From positions 141,242-205,241 of the forward strand of contig CAJWAR010000001.1 in NCBI GenBank assembly GCA_913020445.1: a stretch of DNA of 64,000 bases. Reading direction: 5' to 3'. Below the pieces are notes generated by a model, which searched no databases, had not been told where the DNA came from, and saw nothing but the letters and a program-made list of their open reading frames with translations. The stretch comes from an uncultured Rhodospirillaceae bacterium (lineage in GTDB: Bacteria; Pseudomonadota; Alphaproteobacteria; Rhodospirillales; UBA2165). Each line of letters begins with the position of its first letter. Position 1 is the first letter of the stretch. Below are positions 37,699-47,947 of the stretch, in pieces. The position numbers and the translations under genes were made by a program.

Positions 37699-38367
37699 TT
37701 AATTCGTCCAGAGGGGATCCTTGATTTTTTCTAGAAATGCCGCGTGAGCAGATTTTTCGGCTGCGCTCGCGGCATGCGGTCGGGGATCGCGGCGTTGAGT
37801 TTCGCCGATTGCCATTGCTTCGCTAACTTTATCTTGTGCCAGTTCCAGATCCGGCTGACGGCCACCGATCAGTTCAAGATAAACCTCAGCCAATAATTCC
37901 GCATCCAGAAGCGCGCCGTGCAGCGTCCGGTTTGAATTATCGATGCTAAAGCGGCGGCACAGCGCATCGAGACTGGCAGGCGCGCCCGGAAATTTTTCAC
38001 GCGCCATCCGCACTGTATCAATTGAGCGCGACATCGGCAGCGGTTGCTGGCCCAGCAAACCGAGTTCGGCATTAATAAACCGCATATCAAATTCTGCATT
38101 GTGAATAACCAGCGGCGCATCGCCGATAAACTCGATAAAGGCGTCCATGACATCCGCCATCACCGGAAAGTCGGCCAGAAATTCTTCGCTCAGTCCATGC
38201 ACGGCAAATGCTTCATCCGGCATGGCGCGTTCCGGATTGATATATTGATGATAATTGTTGCCCGTCGCGACATGATTGACCAATTCTATACAGCCGATTT
38301 CAACGATCCGGTCACCATCATTTTGACGAAAGCCAGTGGTTTCAGTATCAAGAACGATCTCGCGCAT
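37699..38367 (-). CDS. dnaQ: DNA polymerase III subunit epsilon (3'-5' proofreading exonuclease)
   Basis: Exo motifs I ([10 protein letters not shown]), II ([11 protein letters not shown]) and III ([14 protein letters not shown]). Confidence 0.93.
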   Translation of the reverse strand: MREIVLDTETTGFRQNDGDRIVEIGCIELVNHVATGNNYHQYINPERAMPDEAFAVHGLSEEFLADFPVMADVMDAFIEFIGDAPLVIHNAEFDMRFINAELGLLGQQPLPMSRSIDTVRMAREKFPGAPASLDALCRRFSIDNSNRTLHGALLDAELLAEVYLELIGGRQPDLELAQDKVSEAMAIGETQRRDPRPHAASAAEKSAHAAFLEKIKDPLWTN

Positions 38368-38382
38368 ATTCGATTGATGCCT

Positions 38383-39018
38383 TTAGGGTTTAAGCCGGGG
38401 TGGCCATTTGTGACCGATCCGATCTTTGGTTATTTCTATAATATTTCGGATACATAATAAGCTGAAGTTCTTGCCCAAGCTAGTTTGAATAAGAAAATCA
38501 GCGCGTTTTCTTTTCTCCCCATCCGGCAATTGGCTCTTAAGCACTTGGGCAAAGCGATCTTCGGTCATGCCAGGCCGGGACAGCACGCGAATGCGCTGCA
38601 AATAAGCGGGCGCCGTAACGACGGCAATGGCATCACAAAGCTGATCACTACCAACTTCAAACAGTAACGGCACATCAAGCACCGCCAATTTTTCGTGACG
38701 CTTGGCGGCTTGGCGCAGAAACTCCAGCTGAATTTGGCGTACCAGCGGATGGAGAATGTCCTCAAGCCGGGCCAGAGCTGCTTTATCGTCAAACACCTTT
38801 GGGCCCAACAGCTGGCGATCCACCATATTTCCATGGGCGCCGTTTTTGACGACGCCTGGAAAGGCCTCACCAACTGCTTCAACGGCTTTGCCGCCGGGGC
38901 CCGTCAGTTGATGCACCGCCGCATCGGCGTCATAAACCGGCACGCCATAATGACGAAAGGCGTTGGCGGCTGTTGTCTTGCCCATGCCGATGGAACCTGT
39001 GAGGCCGAGGATATACAT
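38383..39018 (-). CDS. coaE: Dephospho-CoA kinase
   Basis: P-loop ILGLTGSIGMGKTT, with CoaE length and order. Confidence 0.92.
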   Translation of the reverse strand: MYILGLTGSIGMGKTTAANAFRHYGVPVYDADAAVHQLTGPGGKAVEAVGEAFPGVVKNGAHGNMVDRQLLGPKVFDDKAALARLEDILHPLVRQIQLEFLRQAAKRHEKLAVLDVPLLFEVGSDQLCDAIAVVTAPAYLQRIRVLSRPGMTEDRFAQVLKSQLPDGEKRKRADFLIQTSLGKNFSLLCIRNIIEITKDRIGHKWPPRLKP

Positions 39019-39022
39019 CAGT

Positions 39023-39868
39023 TCAATGACCTGCCATCACGCTTAAAATATGACTGCGGAGCTCATCGCTAACCTCGGGCTCAACCCCAAACCAAGCGGC
39101 AAAACCCGGCCGTGCTTGATGCAGCAAAATACCCAGCCCATTAACGGTTGGATTACCGCGCGCTTTGGCATTTTTTAATAATTCGGTTTCAAAAGGCCGA
39201 TAAACGATATCTGTTACCAGCGCGGCTCCAGGTAATTTTTCAAGGTCAATCTCCAGTGGAGGCTGACCCTGCATGCCCAAACTCGTTGTATTGACCAGGG
39301 TCGCGGTTGCGGCCAAAACGTCGGCGCGATTATCCCAGTCATCTACTTTAATGTCGCCACCCAGCTCACGCGCTAATTTTTCAGCGCGGGATTTGGTCCG
39401 GTTGAGGAGTATAATTTCAGGTGCGCCGGCGTTTTGTAATGCTACAACAATGGCGCGCGCCGCACCACCGGCGCCTAAGACAACTGCTGACCCGGCGCTC
39501 GCTCGCCATTGCGGTTGATGGTCTTTTAAATTTTCTAAAAACCCATAGCTATCCGTGTTGCTGCCGTGCAGGGTTCCGTCATCTTGAACCACCACGGTAT
39601 TTACCGCGCCGATTTTACGCGCCAGATCATCGGCGTGATCAACAATGGTCAAAGTTGCTTCCTTATGGGGCAAGGTCACATTGGTGCCCCGACGGCCCCC
39701 ATCTGCAAGGTTTTTTAAAAAGGTTTCGAGATTTTGCGGCTCGACTGCAAATGGCAAATACTCGCCATCAATCTGATACTGCTTCAGCCAGAAGTCATGC
39801 AAAGGCGGCGACAGGGAGTGATCGATTGGCCAGCCGATGACGCCAGCCTTCAGAACGGCATCATTCAT
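39023..39868 (-). CDS. aroE: Shikimate dehydrogenase
   Basis: N-terminal [19 protein letters not shown] and the NADP fold GAGGAARAI. Confidence 0.92.
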   Translation of the reverse strand: MNDAVLKAGVIGWPIDHSLSPPLHDFWLKQYQIDGEYLPFAVEPQNLETFLKNLADGGRRGTNVTLPHKEATLTIVDHADDLARKIGAVNTVVVQDDGTLHGSNTDSYGFLENLKDHQPQWRASAGSAVVLGAGGAARAIVVALQNAGAPEIILLNRTKSRAEKLARELGGDIKVDDWDNRADVLAATATLVNTTSLGMQGQPPLEIDLEKLPGAALVTDIVYRPFETELLKNAKARGNPTVNGLGILLHQARPGFAAWFGVEPEVSDELRSHILSVMAGH

Positions 39869-40440
39869 GATTCTATAATCCCCTGCTCGCGTAAAAATCC
39901 CAGCAGCGGCAATAGCGGCAAGCCAAGGACCGTAAAATAATCGCCTTCAACGCGGGTAAAAAGCTGCGCGCCGATATCTTCGAGCCGGTAGGCTCCAACA
40001 GAAGCCAGCACGTCTTCGCCCGCTTGATCCAGATAACGTTCGATAAAGTCATCGCTGAGATCGCGCATGGTTAAGCGCACATCATCAACTGTCTGCCATA
40101 GCACTTTTCCGCCCTGAACCACCGCAGCAGCCGTGATCAGCCGATGCAGTTTACCGCTTAAACTTTGCAAATGATTGAGCCCGCCGGCGCGTCCTTCAGG
40201 TTTATCAAAAAGCTGGCCTTCGCATTCAAGAATTTGGTCGGCACCGATAATTAGGGCTGTTGGATGATTGACGGATACCGCTTGAGCCTTGGCAATCGCC
40301 AACTCCTGAGCGATCTGCTCGACGGCATTATCACCGGCAGCGTTTTTAATCGCGTCTTCATCGACGCTGGATACTTCAACACTAAAGGCAAGCCCGGCAT
40401 TGCTCAGCATTTGAGCGCGAACTTTACTGGCTGAAGCCAA
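39865..40440 (-). CDS. maf: Maf-like nucleoside triphosphate pyrophosphatase
   Basis: Maf family throughout (...[16 protein letters not shown]..., YRLEDIG). The track start is a TTG that truncates the conserved N-terminal LILAS strand (see finding on the start codon). Confidence 0.88.
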   Translation of the reverse strand: MASASKVRAQMLSNAGLAFSVEVSSVDEDAIKNAAGDNAVEQIAQELAIAKAQAVSVNHPTALIIGADQILECEGQLFDKPEGRAGGLNHLQSLSGKLHRLITAAAVVQGGKVLWQTVDDVRLTMRDLSDDFIERYLDQAGEDVLASVGAYRLEDIGAQLFTRVEGDYFTVLGLPLLPLLGFLREQGIIES

Positions 40441-40463
40441 GATAAGATTTTGCGATTTTGTCG

Positions 40464-41282
40464 TCAGGAGTCTTGCTCCATATGGTGGGTGCGCATTTGT
40501 ATAATAGCCGCGGCGGTCTCCTCAATCGAGCGCCGGGTGACATCAATGACCTGCCATTTTTGGCGCGCAAATAGGCGCTTCGCGTAGTTAACCTCTTCCG
40601 CTACCTGGTCAGGATCGGCGTAGGTTGTTTCATCACTTTCAGCCAACATGCGGAGCCGGTTGCGGCGAACCTGCACCAACGTTCTGGTATCTCTTATGAG
40701 GCCAACAACATATGGCTTGTCGAGGTTAAAAACTTCCTCCGGCATATCGTGGCCAAGCACAATCGGTATATTGGCGGCCTTAATGCCGCGATTGGCAAGA
40801 TAAATACAGGTCGGCGTTTTTGATGTGCGTGACACCCCCAATATGACCACATCCGCTTCTTCGAGATTCCAAGTCGCCTGACCATCATCATGGGTCAGGG
40901 CAAAATCCATCGCCGCGATGCGGTTATAATAATCATCGTCCAAGGTATGCTGCAGGCCTGGTTGAGCGTGGACTTCTTCGTCTAAATAATTTCCAAACGC
41001 CGACATGATCGGTTGCAGGACCGAGACACACGGTATTTTCAAGCGGCGGCAGGCGGCCTGAAGCTGGGCAATAATTTCGGTATTCACCAGCGTATAAAGG
41101 ACAAAACCCGGCCGTTCTTCGATGTCGGCGATAACGTCTTCGATCTGGCGTTGTGAGCGAACCAGATTCCAAATGTGTTCGATCGGCTGGGTATGCTCAA
41201 ACTGGACGAGACAGGCCCGCGCCACAGATTCAACCGTTTCACCGGTCGCATCGGAAATCAAATAAAGATGAAATTCAGACAT
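40464..41282 (-). CDS. DUF299 kinase/pyrophosphorylase (PpsR / pyruvate-phosphate-dikinase regulatory protein family)
   Basis: Begins [17 protein letters not shown] at the ATG at 41282 (the track TTG at 41330 adds 16 non-conserved aa). P-loop GVSRTSKTP. Homologue of the RP001/CC0001 gene that borders the origin in Rickettsia and Caulobacter. Confidence 0.88.
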   Translation of the reverse strand: MSEFHLYLISDATGETVESVARACLVQFEHTQPIEHIWNLVRSQRQIEDVIADIEERPGFVLYTLVNTEIIAQLQAACRRLKIPCVSVLQPIMSAFGNYLDEEVHAQPGLQHTLDDDYYNRIAAMDFALTHDDGQATWNLEEADVVILGVSRTSKTPTCIYLANRGIKAANIPIVLGHDMPEEVFNLDKPYVVGLIRDTRTLVQVRRNRLRMLAESDETTYADPDQVAEEVNYAKRLFARQKWQVIDVTRRSIEETAAAIIQMRTHHMEQDS

Positions 41283-41758
41283 TTTTTCAGCTAATTCTGT
41301 GTGTAAGTTCCTAGAGTGATATTGGGACAAAATGCGGATAAGTCAGGCATACCAATGAATCCTTAAAAAATATTCAAAACCAACCACCGATAAATATCCG
41401 CTTATCTAAATTGTATAATCCTAACCTAATCAGCTTAAACAAAATGACAATCAAAATTGAACCAGACTTATCCCCGATTATCACACCAAGCACCGTTACG
41501 GCTTGGTTATTTACTTAATCCTGACAAAACCGGCAGGGCCTCGTTAATAATCAGGTTTATTCATAGCTTATCCGAAATTAATCCCACGATAAAATTTCTG
41601 AAAAATTTTGGGGCTTTTTTTATGGATAAACTGAGGATAAAAAATAATCCCCTGGATTCAGGTTACAACAGCAACAACAACCTATTTTATATATTTATAT
41701 AGTATAGTAGTAAGTCCGGTGGAAAACCGGGATCGCATCTAAAAAGAGCCAAATCAAA
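41283..41758. other. Putative chromosomal replication origin (oriC) in the DUF299/hemE intergenic region
   Basis: A 476-bp AT-rich spacer at the conserved alphaproteobacterial origin position. DnaA-box-like 9-mers (versus TTATCCACA): TTATCCGCA (41333-41341, minus), TTATCTAAA (41402-41410), TTATCCCCG (41468-41476), TTATCCGAA (41568-41576), TTATCCATA (41621-41629, minus) and TTATCCTCA (41632-41640, minus). Nearly pure A/T tract at 41683-41715. Confidence 0.7.
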
Positions 41759-42826
41759 ATGAACAATACGACATCCAAAAAAAAGAAAATGCTTTTGGCT
41801 CTTGATGGTCAGCAAACCGATACGCCACCTCTTTGGCTCATGCGACAAGCTGGCCGACATCTGAAAGAGTATATGGAGATCCGAGCAAAGGCGGAAAATT
41901 TTCTCAATTTCTGTTATTCACCTGACCTCGCCGTTGAGGCTACCTTACAACCGATTCGCCGTTATGGTTTTGATGCAGCAATTTTATTTTCAGATATTTT
42001 GGTCATTCCAGACGCTCTTGGTCAGCAAGTGGACTTTGTACCAGGTACCGGTCCTAAGCTGGCAGCAATTTCGTCAATTGAGGAATTAGAAAAGTTAAGT
42101 AAGGATCGCCTCCATGATCATTTGAGTCCGGTCTATGAAGCCATCGGTCGAATTCGCCATGAACTAAGTGAGCTGGCGGAAGAAACCACCCTCATAGGCT
42201 TCGCCGGTGCTCCCTGGACAGTGGCGACTTATGTTGTTGAGGGGGGAGGTAGCAAGGATTATCAAAAGACCCGCAAATGGGCATATGGCGCGCCGGATGA
42301 ATTTAGTGCCTTGATCGATATCCTGGTTGATGCCACTGCTGATTATCTCATCCGCCAAATCGATAGCGGCGTTGAAGCAGTGCAATTGTTTGATAGTTGG
42401 GCCGGCGTTTTACCGCCTAGCCAGTTTGATAAATGGACGATCGAACCAGCCAAAAAAATTATCGCCCGCATTCGCGCTCACCATCCGGACACGCCGATCA
42501 TTGGTTTTCCCCGCGGCGCCGGGCTGCTCTATCGGCGCTTTGTTGAAGAAACCGGCGTCAATGCGGTGTCAATTGATGCGACCGTGCCACTTGCCTGGGC
42601 GGCTGAAAATTTACAATCTCATTGCGCCGTGCAGGGCAATCTCGATAATTTAGCTCTCTTAACTGGTGGCCCGGCGATGGAAGCAGAGATCGCCCATATC
42701 CTGGCAGCTTTTGCCGATGGTCCGTTTATCTTCAATTTAGGACATGGTATTTTGCCGGAAACCCCAGTGCCCCATGTCGAAAGATTGGTTGAGCTGGTTC
42801 GCGGAACATCGGTGGGCGCGGCTTAA
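41759..42826 (+). CDS. hemE: Uroporphyrinogen decarboxylase
   Basis: Signature PPLWLMRQAGR near the N-terminus, 355 aa. Confidence 0.95.
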   Translation: MNNTTSKKKKMLLALDGQQTDTPPLWLMRQAGRHLKEYMEIRAKAENFLNFCYSPDLAVEATLQPIRRYGFDAAILFSDILVIPDALGQQVDFVPGTGPKLAAISSIEELEKLSKDRLHDHLSPVYEAIGRIRHELSELAEETTLIGFAGAPWTVATYVVEGGGSKDYQKTRKWAYGAPDEFSALIDILVDATADYLIRQIDSGVEAVQLFDSWAGVLPPSQFDKWTIEPAKKIIARIRAHHPDTPIIGFPRGAGLLYRRFVEETGVNAVSIDATVPLAWAAENLQSHCAVQGNLDNLALLTGGPAMEAEIAHILAAFADGPFIFNLGHGILPETPVPHVERLVELVRGTSVGAA

Positions 42827-43842
42827 TGGCAAAACGTGCCGTCGTTTTGTTTAATCTTGGCGGGCCGGACGAACCGGCGGCAATACAGCCGTTTTTATTT
42901 AATCTTTTTAGTGATCCGGCGATCATCAGCCTGCCACAGCCGTTACGCTGGTTTCTTGCCAGATTAATATCACAGCGGCGGGCGCCGATTGCGCAAAAAA
43001 TATATGCCGAGATTGGCGGTAAGTCGCCCTTGCTCGATTTGACGCGGGAACAGGCGGCGGCGCTCGAAGACCGGCTTGGCGACGACACCGAAGTTTTTAT
43101 TTCGATGCGGTATTGGCACCCAATGAGTGCGTCGACGGCAAAAGCGGTGCAAAATTATAACCCGGATAAAATTATTTTATTGCCGCTCTATCCGCAATTT
43201 TCGACGTCAACGACAGGATCATCATTTCAAGATTGGCATCAGGCAGCACATGAAATTGGTCTTGATAAACCTACCGTTTCAATCTGCTGTTATCCGGCTG
43301 AACAAAATTTTATTAGCGCCCAAGCAAATTTATTGGCGGAAAATCTCGCGGCTTCTTCCCGCGTGCTATTTTCTGCTCATGGGCTACCGAAAAAAGTCAT
43401 CGATAAAGGTGATCCCTATCAATGGCAGGTCGAGCAAAACGCCGCGGCGATTGCCGCTGCGGCTAATCTCGCGGATGATGATTGGCGGATTTGTTATCAA
43501 AGCCGGGTCGGCCGCCTTGAATGGATTGGGCCATCGCTGGATGAAGAACTTGAACGGGCGGCAGCTGATAATATCGGCGTCACGGTTTTACCCATAGCAT
43601 TTGTCTCTGAGCATTCGGAAACCCTGGTTGAATTGGATATTGAATATCGCCAAATGGCGGAAACCCTCAACCTGCCCGCCTACAACCGGGTTCCAGCGGT
43701 CGGCACGCAGCCGGAATTTATAACCGGTTTGGCAGGTTTGGTTGAAAGAGCTAGTACCAGCGAGGGCAATTTGATATCTGATCAGTCTGGTCCGGGCGGG
43801 CGAATTTGTCCCGCCGATCATTTATGCTGTCCACAGACGTAA
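42826..43842 (+). CDS. hemH: Ferrochelatase
   Basis: AVVLFNLGGPD..., LPLYPQFSTSTTGS and FSAHGLP motifs. The start overlaps the hemE stop (TAATG). Confidence 0.93.
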   Translation: MAKRAVVLFNLGGPDEPAAIQPFLFNLFSDPAIISLPQPLRWFLARLISQRRAPIAQKIYAEIGGKSPLLDLTREQAAALEDRLGDDTEVFISMRYWHPMSASTAKAVQNYNPDKIILLPLYPQFSTSTTGSSFQDWHQAAHEIGLDKPTVSICCYPAEQNFISAQANLLAENLAASSRVLFSAHGLPKKVIDKGDPYQWQVEQNAAAIAAAANLADDDWRICYQSRVGRLEWIGPSLDEELERAAADNIGVTVLPIAFVSEHSETLVELDIEYRQMAETLNLPAYNRVPAVGTQPEFITGLAGLVERASTSEGNLISDQSGPGGRICPADHLCCPQT

Positions 43843-43861
43843 GCAGAAAGGCACTTCAACT

Positions 43862-44311
43862 ATGATCGAGCTTTCAAGCGATGCCTATTTGTGGATTAAG
43901 GCCCTGCACATCATCAGCGTAATGGCCTGGATGGCGGGCATGCTCTATTTACCCAGGCTTTTTGTCTATCATTGCGAAGCCGAAACAGGCTCAGAATTCT
44001 CTGAAAAACTGAAGATTATGGAACGCCGCTTGCTATACGCGATCATAACCCCGGCGATGATTTTAGCCCTTATCTTTGGCGGCTTGTTGTTTCTGAATTT
44101 GGGCTCAGATGCCTGGACCGATGGTTGGGTGCTGGCGAAAGGTGTGTTCGTTATCGGCCTTTTCGCCATGTATGACATGATGAGGAAATGGCGCAAAGAC
44201 TTCGCCGCGGATGCCAATACAAAATCGCAAAAGTTTTATCGGGTAATGAACGAAGTTCCGACAGTGCTAATGATTGGGGTTGTTATTTTTGTCGTGGTGA
44301 AGCCGTTTTAG
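43862..44311 (+). CDS. hemJ: Protoporphyrinogen IX oxidase HemJ (UPF0093 membrane protein)
   Basis: Four-TM protein starting ...YLWIKALHIISVMAWMAGMLYLPRLFVYH, typical of HemJ. Follows hemE-hemH. Confidence 0.8.
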   Translation: MIELSSDAYLWIKALHIISVMAWMAGMLYLPRLFVYHCEAETGSEFSEKLKIMERRLLYAIITPAMILALIFGGLLFLNLGSDAWTDGWVLAKGVFVIGLFAMYDMMRKWRKDFAADANTKSQKFYRVMNEVPTVLMIGVVIFVVVKPF

Positions 44312-44579
44312 CGGCCTAATTTGGTCATTATTAAAACTTTATTTGACTTAATCCCGACTATTCTGGTATGTGTTTGGTTAGTCAAAACGATTTCCGGCCC
44401 AAAATTTAATTTACTATTCGCCGGGCATGAGATCGATTTTCAAAAAATCTCAAAACGTATTCAGGCTCTTCGCCAGAATTATATCTCGTTATATGTCTTG
44501 ATTTCCGAAATTTCGGATAATTATCCAATCCAACCGTAAATCGCCTTTTCAGGTATTTACCTTCAAAGCGTAAAAAACA

Positions 44580-45836
44580 ATGAACCTCCAAGAACTTAAA
44601 GAAAAATCACCAACCGATCTTCTGCAATTTGCCGAAGAGCTTGAAATCGAAAATGCCAGTACGCTGCGCAAGCAGGACATGCTTTTTGCCATTCTCAAAC
44701 AAATGGCGGAAAACGATACGGCCATTTTCGGTACCGGCGTCCTCGAAGTATTGCAAGACGGCTTCGGCTTCCTGCGCTCACCGGAATCAAATTATCTGCC
44801 GGGTCCGGATGATATCTACGTCTCGCCCAGCCAGGTCCGCCGTTTTGGTCTTAGGACAGGTGATACGGTAGAGGGTCAAATTCGCGCCCCCAAAGATGGC
44901 GAGCGTTATTTTGCCCTGCTGAAAGTCACCAATATTAACTTTGGCGATCCCCAGGATGTCCGCCATCGCATCAATTTCGACAATCTGACGCCGCTTTATC
45001 CAGACGAAAAATTGCAAATGGAGATCGACGATCCGACCCAAAAAGACCCAACGTCGCGGGTGTTGGATCTCATCACGCCAGTCGGCAAGGGTCAGCGGGC
45101 GTTGATTGTGGCGCCGCCGCGCACCGGTAAAACCGTGATGCTGCAAAATATCGCTTCGTCAGTCGCCGCCAATCATCCGGAATGCTATCTGATCGTGCTG
45201 TTGATTGATGAGCGCCCGGAAGAGGTGACCGATATGGCGCGCTCGGTGAACGGTGAAGTTGTCAGCTCGACCTTCGATGAGCCGGCCTCACGTCACGTCC
45301 AAGTTGCCGAGATGGTCATCGAAAAAGCCAAACGTCTCGTTGAACATAAACGCGATGTCGTGATCCTGCTCGATTCCATCACCCGTTTGGCGCGGGCTTA
45401 CAACACCGTCGTGCCGTCTTCCGGTAAAGTTCTGACCGGTGGTGTTGATGCCAATGCGCTGCAACGCCCGAAGCGTTTCTTTGGCGCGGCGCGTAACGTC
45501 GAAGAAGGCGGCTCGCTGACAATTATTGCAACCGCGCTAATCGACACCGGCTCCCGCATGGACGAGGTGATCTTCGAAGAATTTAAAGGCACCGGTAACT
45601 CCGAGATTATCCTTGATCGTAAGCTGACCGATAAACGGACTTGGCCGGCGATGGATATCACGCGCTCCGGCACCCGTAAGGAAGAGCTGCTCGTCGACAA
45701 AGACATGCTGTCAAAAATGTGGGTGCTGCGCCGCATTCTCAATCCGATGGGCGTTGTCGATTCGATGGAATTCCTGATCGAGAAATTAAAAGATTCGAAG
45801 AACAACGATGATTTTTTCGACTCGATGAATACGTAA
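44580..45836 (+). CDS. rho: Transcription termination factor Rho
   Basis: N-terminal RNA-binding domain (GFGFLRSP), Walker [16 protein letters not shown], 418 aa. Confidence 0.97.
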   Translation: MNLQELKEKSPTDLLQFAEELEIENASTLRKQDMLFAILKQMAENDTAIFGTGVLEVLQDGFGFLRSPESNYLPGPDDIYVSPSQVRRFGLRTGDTVEGQIRAPKDGERYFALLKVTNINFGDPQDVRHRINFDNLTPLYPDEKLQMEIDDPTQKDPTSRVLDLITPVGKGQRALIVAPPRTGKTVMLQNIASSVAANHPECYLIVLLIDERPEEVTDMARSVNGEVVSSTFDEPASRHVQVAEMVIEKAKRLVEHKRDVVILLDSITRLARAYNTVVPSSGKVLTGGVDANALQRPKRFFGAARNVEEGGSLTIIATALIDTGSRMDEVIFEEFKGTGNSEIILDRKLTDKRTWPAMDITRSGTRKEELLVDKDMLSKMWVLRRILNPMGVVDSMEFLIEKLKDSKNNDDFFDSMNT

Positions 45837-45920
45837 TATTTTCCCCTCAAACGCCGGGCGCTTGCCTCCGCAAGCTTGGCTTGCGCCGCATTAGCGGCGA
45901 CCCGCAGTCGCGGGCGTTTA

Positions 45921-46919
45921 TTAAGGAATCAATATCGTCGAGCCGACGGTTTTGCCAGTTTCCAAAGCTTCATGAGCTAGGCTCGCGTCTTTAAGCGCAA
46001 AACGCTGGCCGATCTCGACTTTGACCGCGCCGGACGCAACGACATCAAAAAGCTCAGTGGCGAGCGCCAGTAGGTTTTCTCTTGTATTGGCGTAATTAGT
46101 AAGCGCTGCCTTGGTGAACGTAAGCGAGCCTAGATTCATCAGATCAAGGGGCTCCAATTCAGTTACCCGTCCCCCGGCCCAGCCATAATTGACCATCAAG
46201 CCCCGCCGTTTAAGGCTTCTAAACGAGCCTTCCCAGGTTGGCTCACCGATCGGATCATAAACCACATCGACGCCGTCACCATTGGTGAGTTCGCGGGCGC
46301 GGGTGGCAAAATCCTCTTCGGTATAAATAATTGGATGGTCACAACCATGGGCCCTGGCATGATCTGCTTTGGCTTCACTTGAAACCGTGCCTAAAACCGT
46401 CGCACCTAGATGATGCGCCCACTGGCAAAGGATCGTGCCAACTCCGCCAGCTGCAGCCTGAACCAAAACTGTATGTTCCGGGCCAACTTCAAAAGTTTGG
46501 CGGACGAGATAACTGGCGGTCATGCCTTTGACCATGATGGCGGCTGCGGTTTCATCAGAAATTTCGTCTGGGATTGCTATCAGCTCATGGGCCGGGATTA
46601 ACCGGCATTCCGTATAGGCACCCTGTTGACGGCGGAGCCCGTAGGCCACCCGCTGGCCGATTTCAAAGCCCTCGACTTCTGCACCGATCGCTTCTACAAC
46701 GCCCGCCGCTTCCCGGCCAAGGATCAGCGGCAACGGATTAGCATGCGTGCCGCCCGGGCTTTTCCGCGTATGGGTTTCACTGAAGTTAATACCGACCGCT
46801 GTTTGCTTGAGCCGGATTTCTCCCGCACCCGGTTCGCCGATCTCGGTTTCTTCCAGTTTTAAAACATCAGGGCCGCCGTATTCGCGCAGGAACACGGCAG
46901 AAGTTTTACGGGTAGCCAT
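45921..46919 (-). CDS. Zinc-independent MDR-family NADPH:quinone oxidoreductase paralogue
   Basis: Zeta-crystallin-like with the cofactor motif AAAGGVGTILCQWA. Ends GSTILIP like its neighbour. Confidence 0.85.
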   Translation of the reverse strand: MATRKTSAVFLREYGGPDVLKLEETEIGEPGAGEIRLKQTAVGINFSETHTRKSPGGTHANPLPLILGREAAGVVEAIGAEVEGFEIGQRVAYGLRRQQGAYTECRLIPAHELIAIPDEISDETAAAIMVKGMTASYLVRQTFEVGPEHTVLVQAAAGGVGTILCQWAHHLGATVLGTVSSEAKADHARAHGCDHPIIYTEEDFATRARELTNGDGVDVVYDPIGEPTWEGSFRSLKRRGLMVNYGWAGGRVTELEPLDLMNLGSLTFTKAALTNYANTRENLLALATELFDVVASGAVKVEIGQRFALKDASLAHEALETGKTVGSTILIP

Positions 46920-46933
46920 GTCTGAGTTCCAAC

Positions 46934-47908
46934 TTAGGGAATGAGCACTGTTGAGCCCGTTGTTTGACGGGATTCAAGCGCCGCATGGGCGGCGGCGGTA
47001 TCCGCCAGCGGGAACGTTTGGCCGATTTCAATGTTCACTTTACCGGAGGCGACAACATCAAACAAAGCAGCGGACGCCGCTAAACGCCGTGCCGGATCGC
47101 TGGTATAATTAAACAACGTCGGCCGGCTCAACGAAATTGAGCCTTTCTGCATCAGCGTTAACGGCTCGATCGCAGGCACTGGTCCCGACGCATTGCCGAA
47201 TGAAACCAGGCAGCCAAACATTTCCAAACAATCCATCGATTTTTCGTAAGTGCTTAAACCGATGGAGTCATAGACCACCGGCACGCCTTTGCCGTCGGTG
47301 ATTTCTTTAACCCGCTCAGCAAAATCTTCGGTCGAATAATTGATTGGGTGATGACAGCCATGGGCTTTGGCCTTTTCCGCCTTTTCCTCACTGCCGACGG
47401 TGCCGATAACGGTGGCACCCAAAGCGTTCGCCCATTGACATACGATGGTGCCGACACCGCCTGCGGCAGCATGCATCAAGATCGTATCGCCCGGCTGCAC
47501 TGCATAGCATTTGAACAACAGCATATGCGCTGTCATGCCTTTCAGCATCATCGCGGCGGCGGTTTGATCTTCAATGCCGTCCGGGATGGGCACCAACACA
47601 TTGGCCGGAATATTGCGGGCTTCGCTGTAAGAACCGATTTGCCCACCAGCATAAGCAACCCGTTGACCAACTTCTAAATCCGTAACACCGGGGCCGACGG
47701 CTTCGATCACACCCGCCGCTTCGGTGCCAAGCGTGAGCGGTAAATCCATTGGATAAAGGCCCGAGCGCTGATAACAATCGATGAAGTTTAAACCAACTGC
47801 GGTATGTTTAAGCCGAACTTCGCCGTCACCGGGATCATCCAGCTCAACGTCTTCCCATTTGAGAATTTCCGGCCCGCCATGTTCATAGATTCGCATTGCT
47901 TTGGTCAT
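46934..47908 (-). CDS. qor: NADPH:quinone oxidoreductase (Qor/zeta-crystallin family)
   Basis: MDR fold, AAAGGVGTIVCQWA, ends GSTVLIP. Tandem paralogue of 45921-46919. Confidence 0.88.
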   Translation of the reverse strand: MTKAMRIYEHGGPEILKWEDVELDDPGDGEVRLKHTAVGLNFIDCYQRSGLYPMDLPLTLGTEAAGVIEAVGPGVTDLEVGQRVAYAGGQIGSYSEARNIPANVLVPIPDGIEDQTAAAMMLKGMTAHMLLFKCYAVQPGDTILMHAAAGGVGTIVCQWANALGATVIGTVGSEEKAEKAKAHGCHHPINYSTEDFAERVKEITDGKGVPVVYDSIGLSTYEKSMDCLEMFGCLVSFGNASGPVPAIEPLTLMQKGSISLSRPTLFNYTSDPARRLAASAALFDVVASGKVNIEIGQTFPLADTAAAHAALESRQTTGSTVLIP

Positions 47909-47947
47909 TTTATCCCCTCCTCGTTTCTTATGGCTTCCTGGCAGAAG

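Noticed and set aside
41457-41702. 81-aa ORF inside the DUF299/hemE spacer.
   Set aside because: It is AT-rich with poor coding character and no RBS, and it lies in the region better explained as oriC.
41283-41758. CtrA-binding sites (TTAA-N7-TTAA) in the putative origin.
   Set aside because: Only half-site or near-miss matches are present (for example TTAATCCCACGATAA at 41577-41591). There is not enough evidence to claim CtrA control.
44312-44579. 72-aa ORF 44321..44539 and a candidate promoter (TTGACT at 44343-44348) in the 268-nt spacer before rho.
   Set aside because: The ORF has no RBS and an odd composition, and the -10 match is poor. The spacer is more simply the long rho leader, which is known in model bacteria to mediate autoregulatory attenuation. 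No specific element could be supported.
45837-45920. GC-rich hairpins between rho and the convergent oxidoreductase gene (for example CCCGC-AGTC-GCGGG).
   Set aside because: Several short alternative stems are possible and there is no clear U-run. This is probably a terminator region, but I cannot define one confidently.
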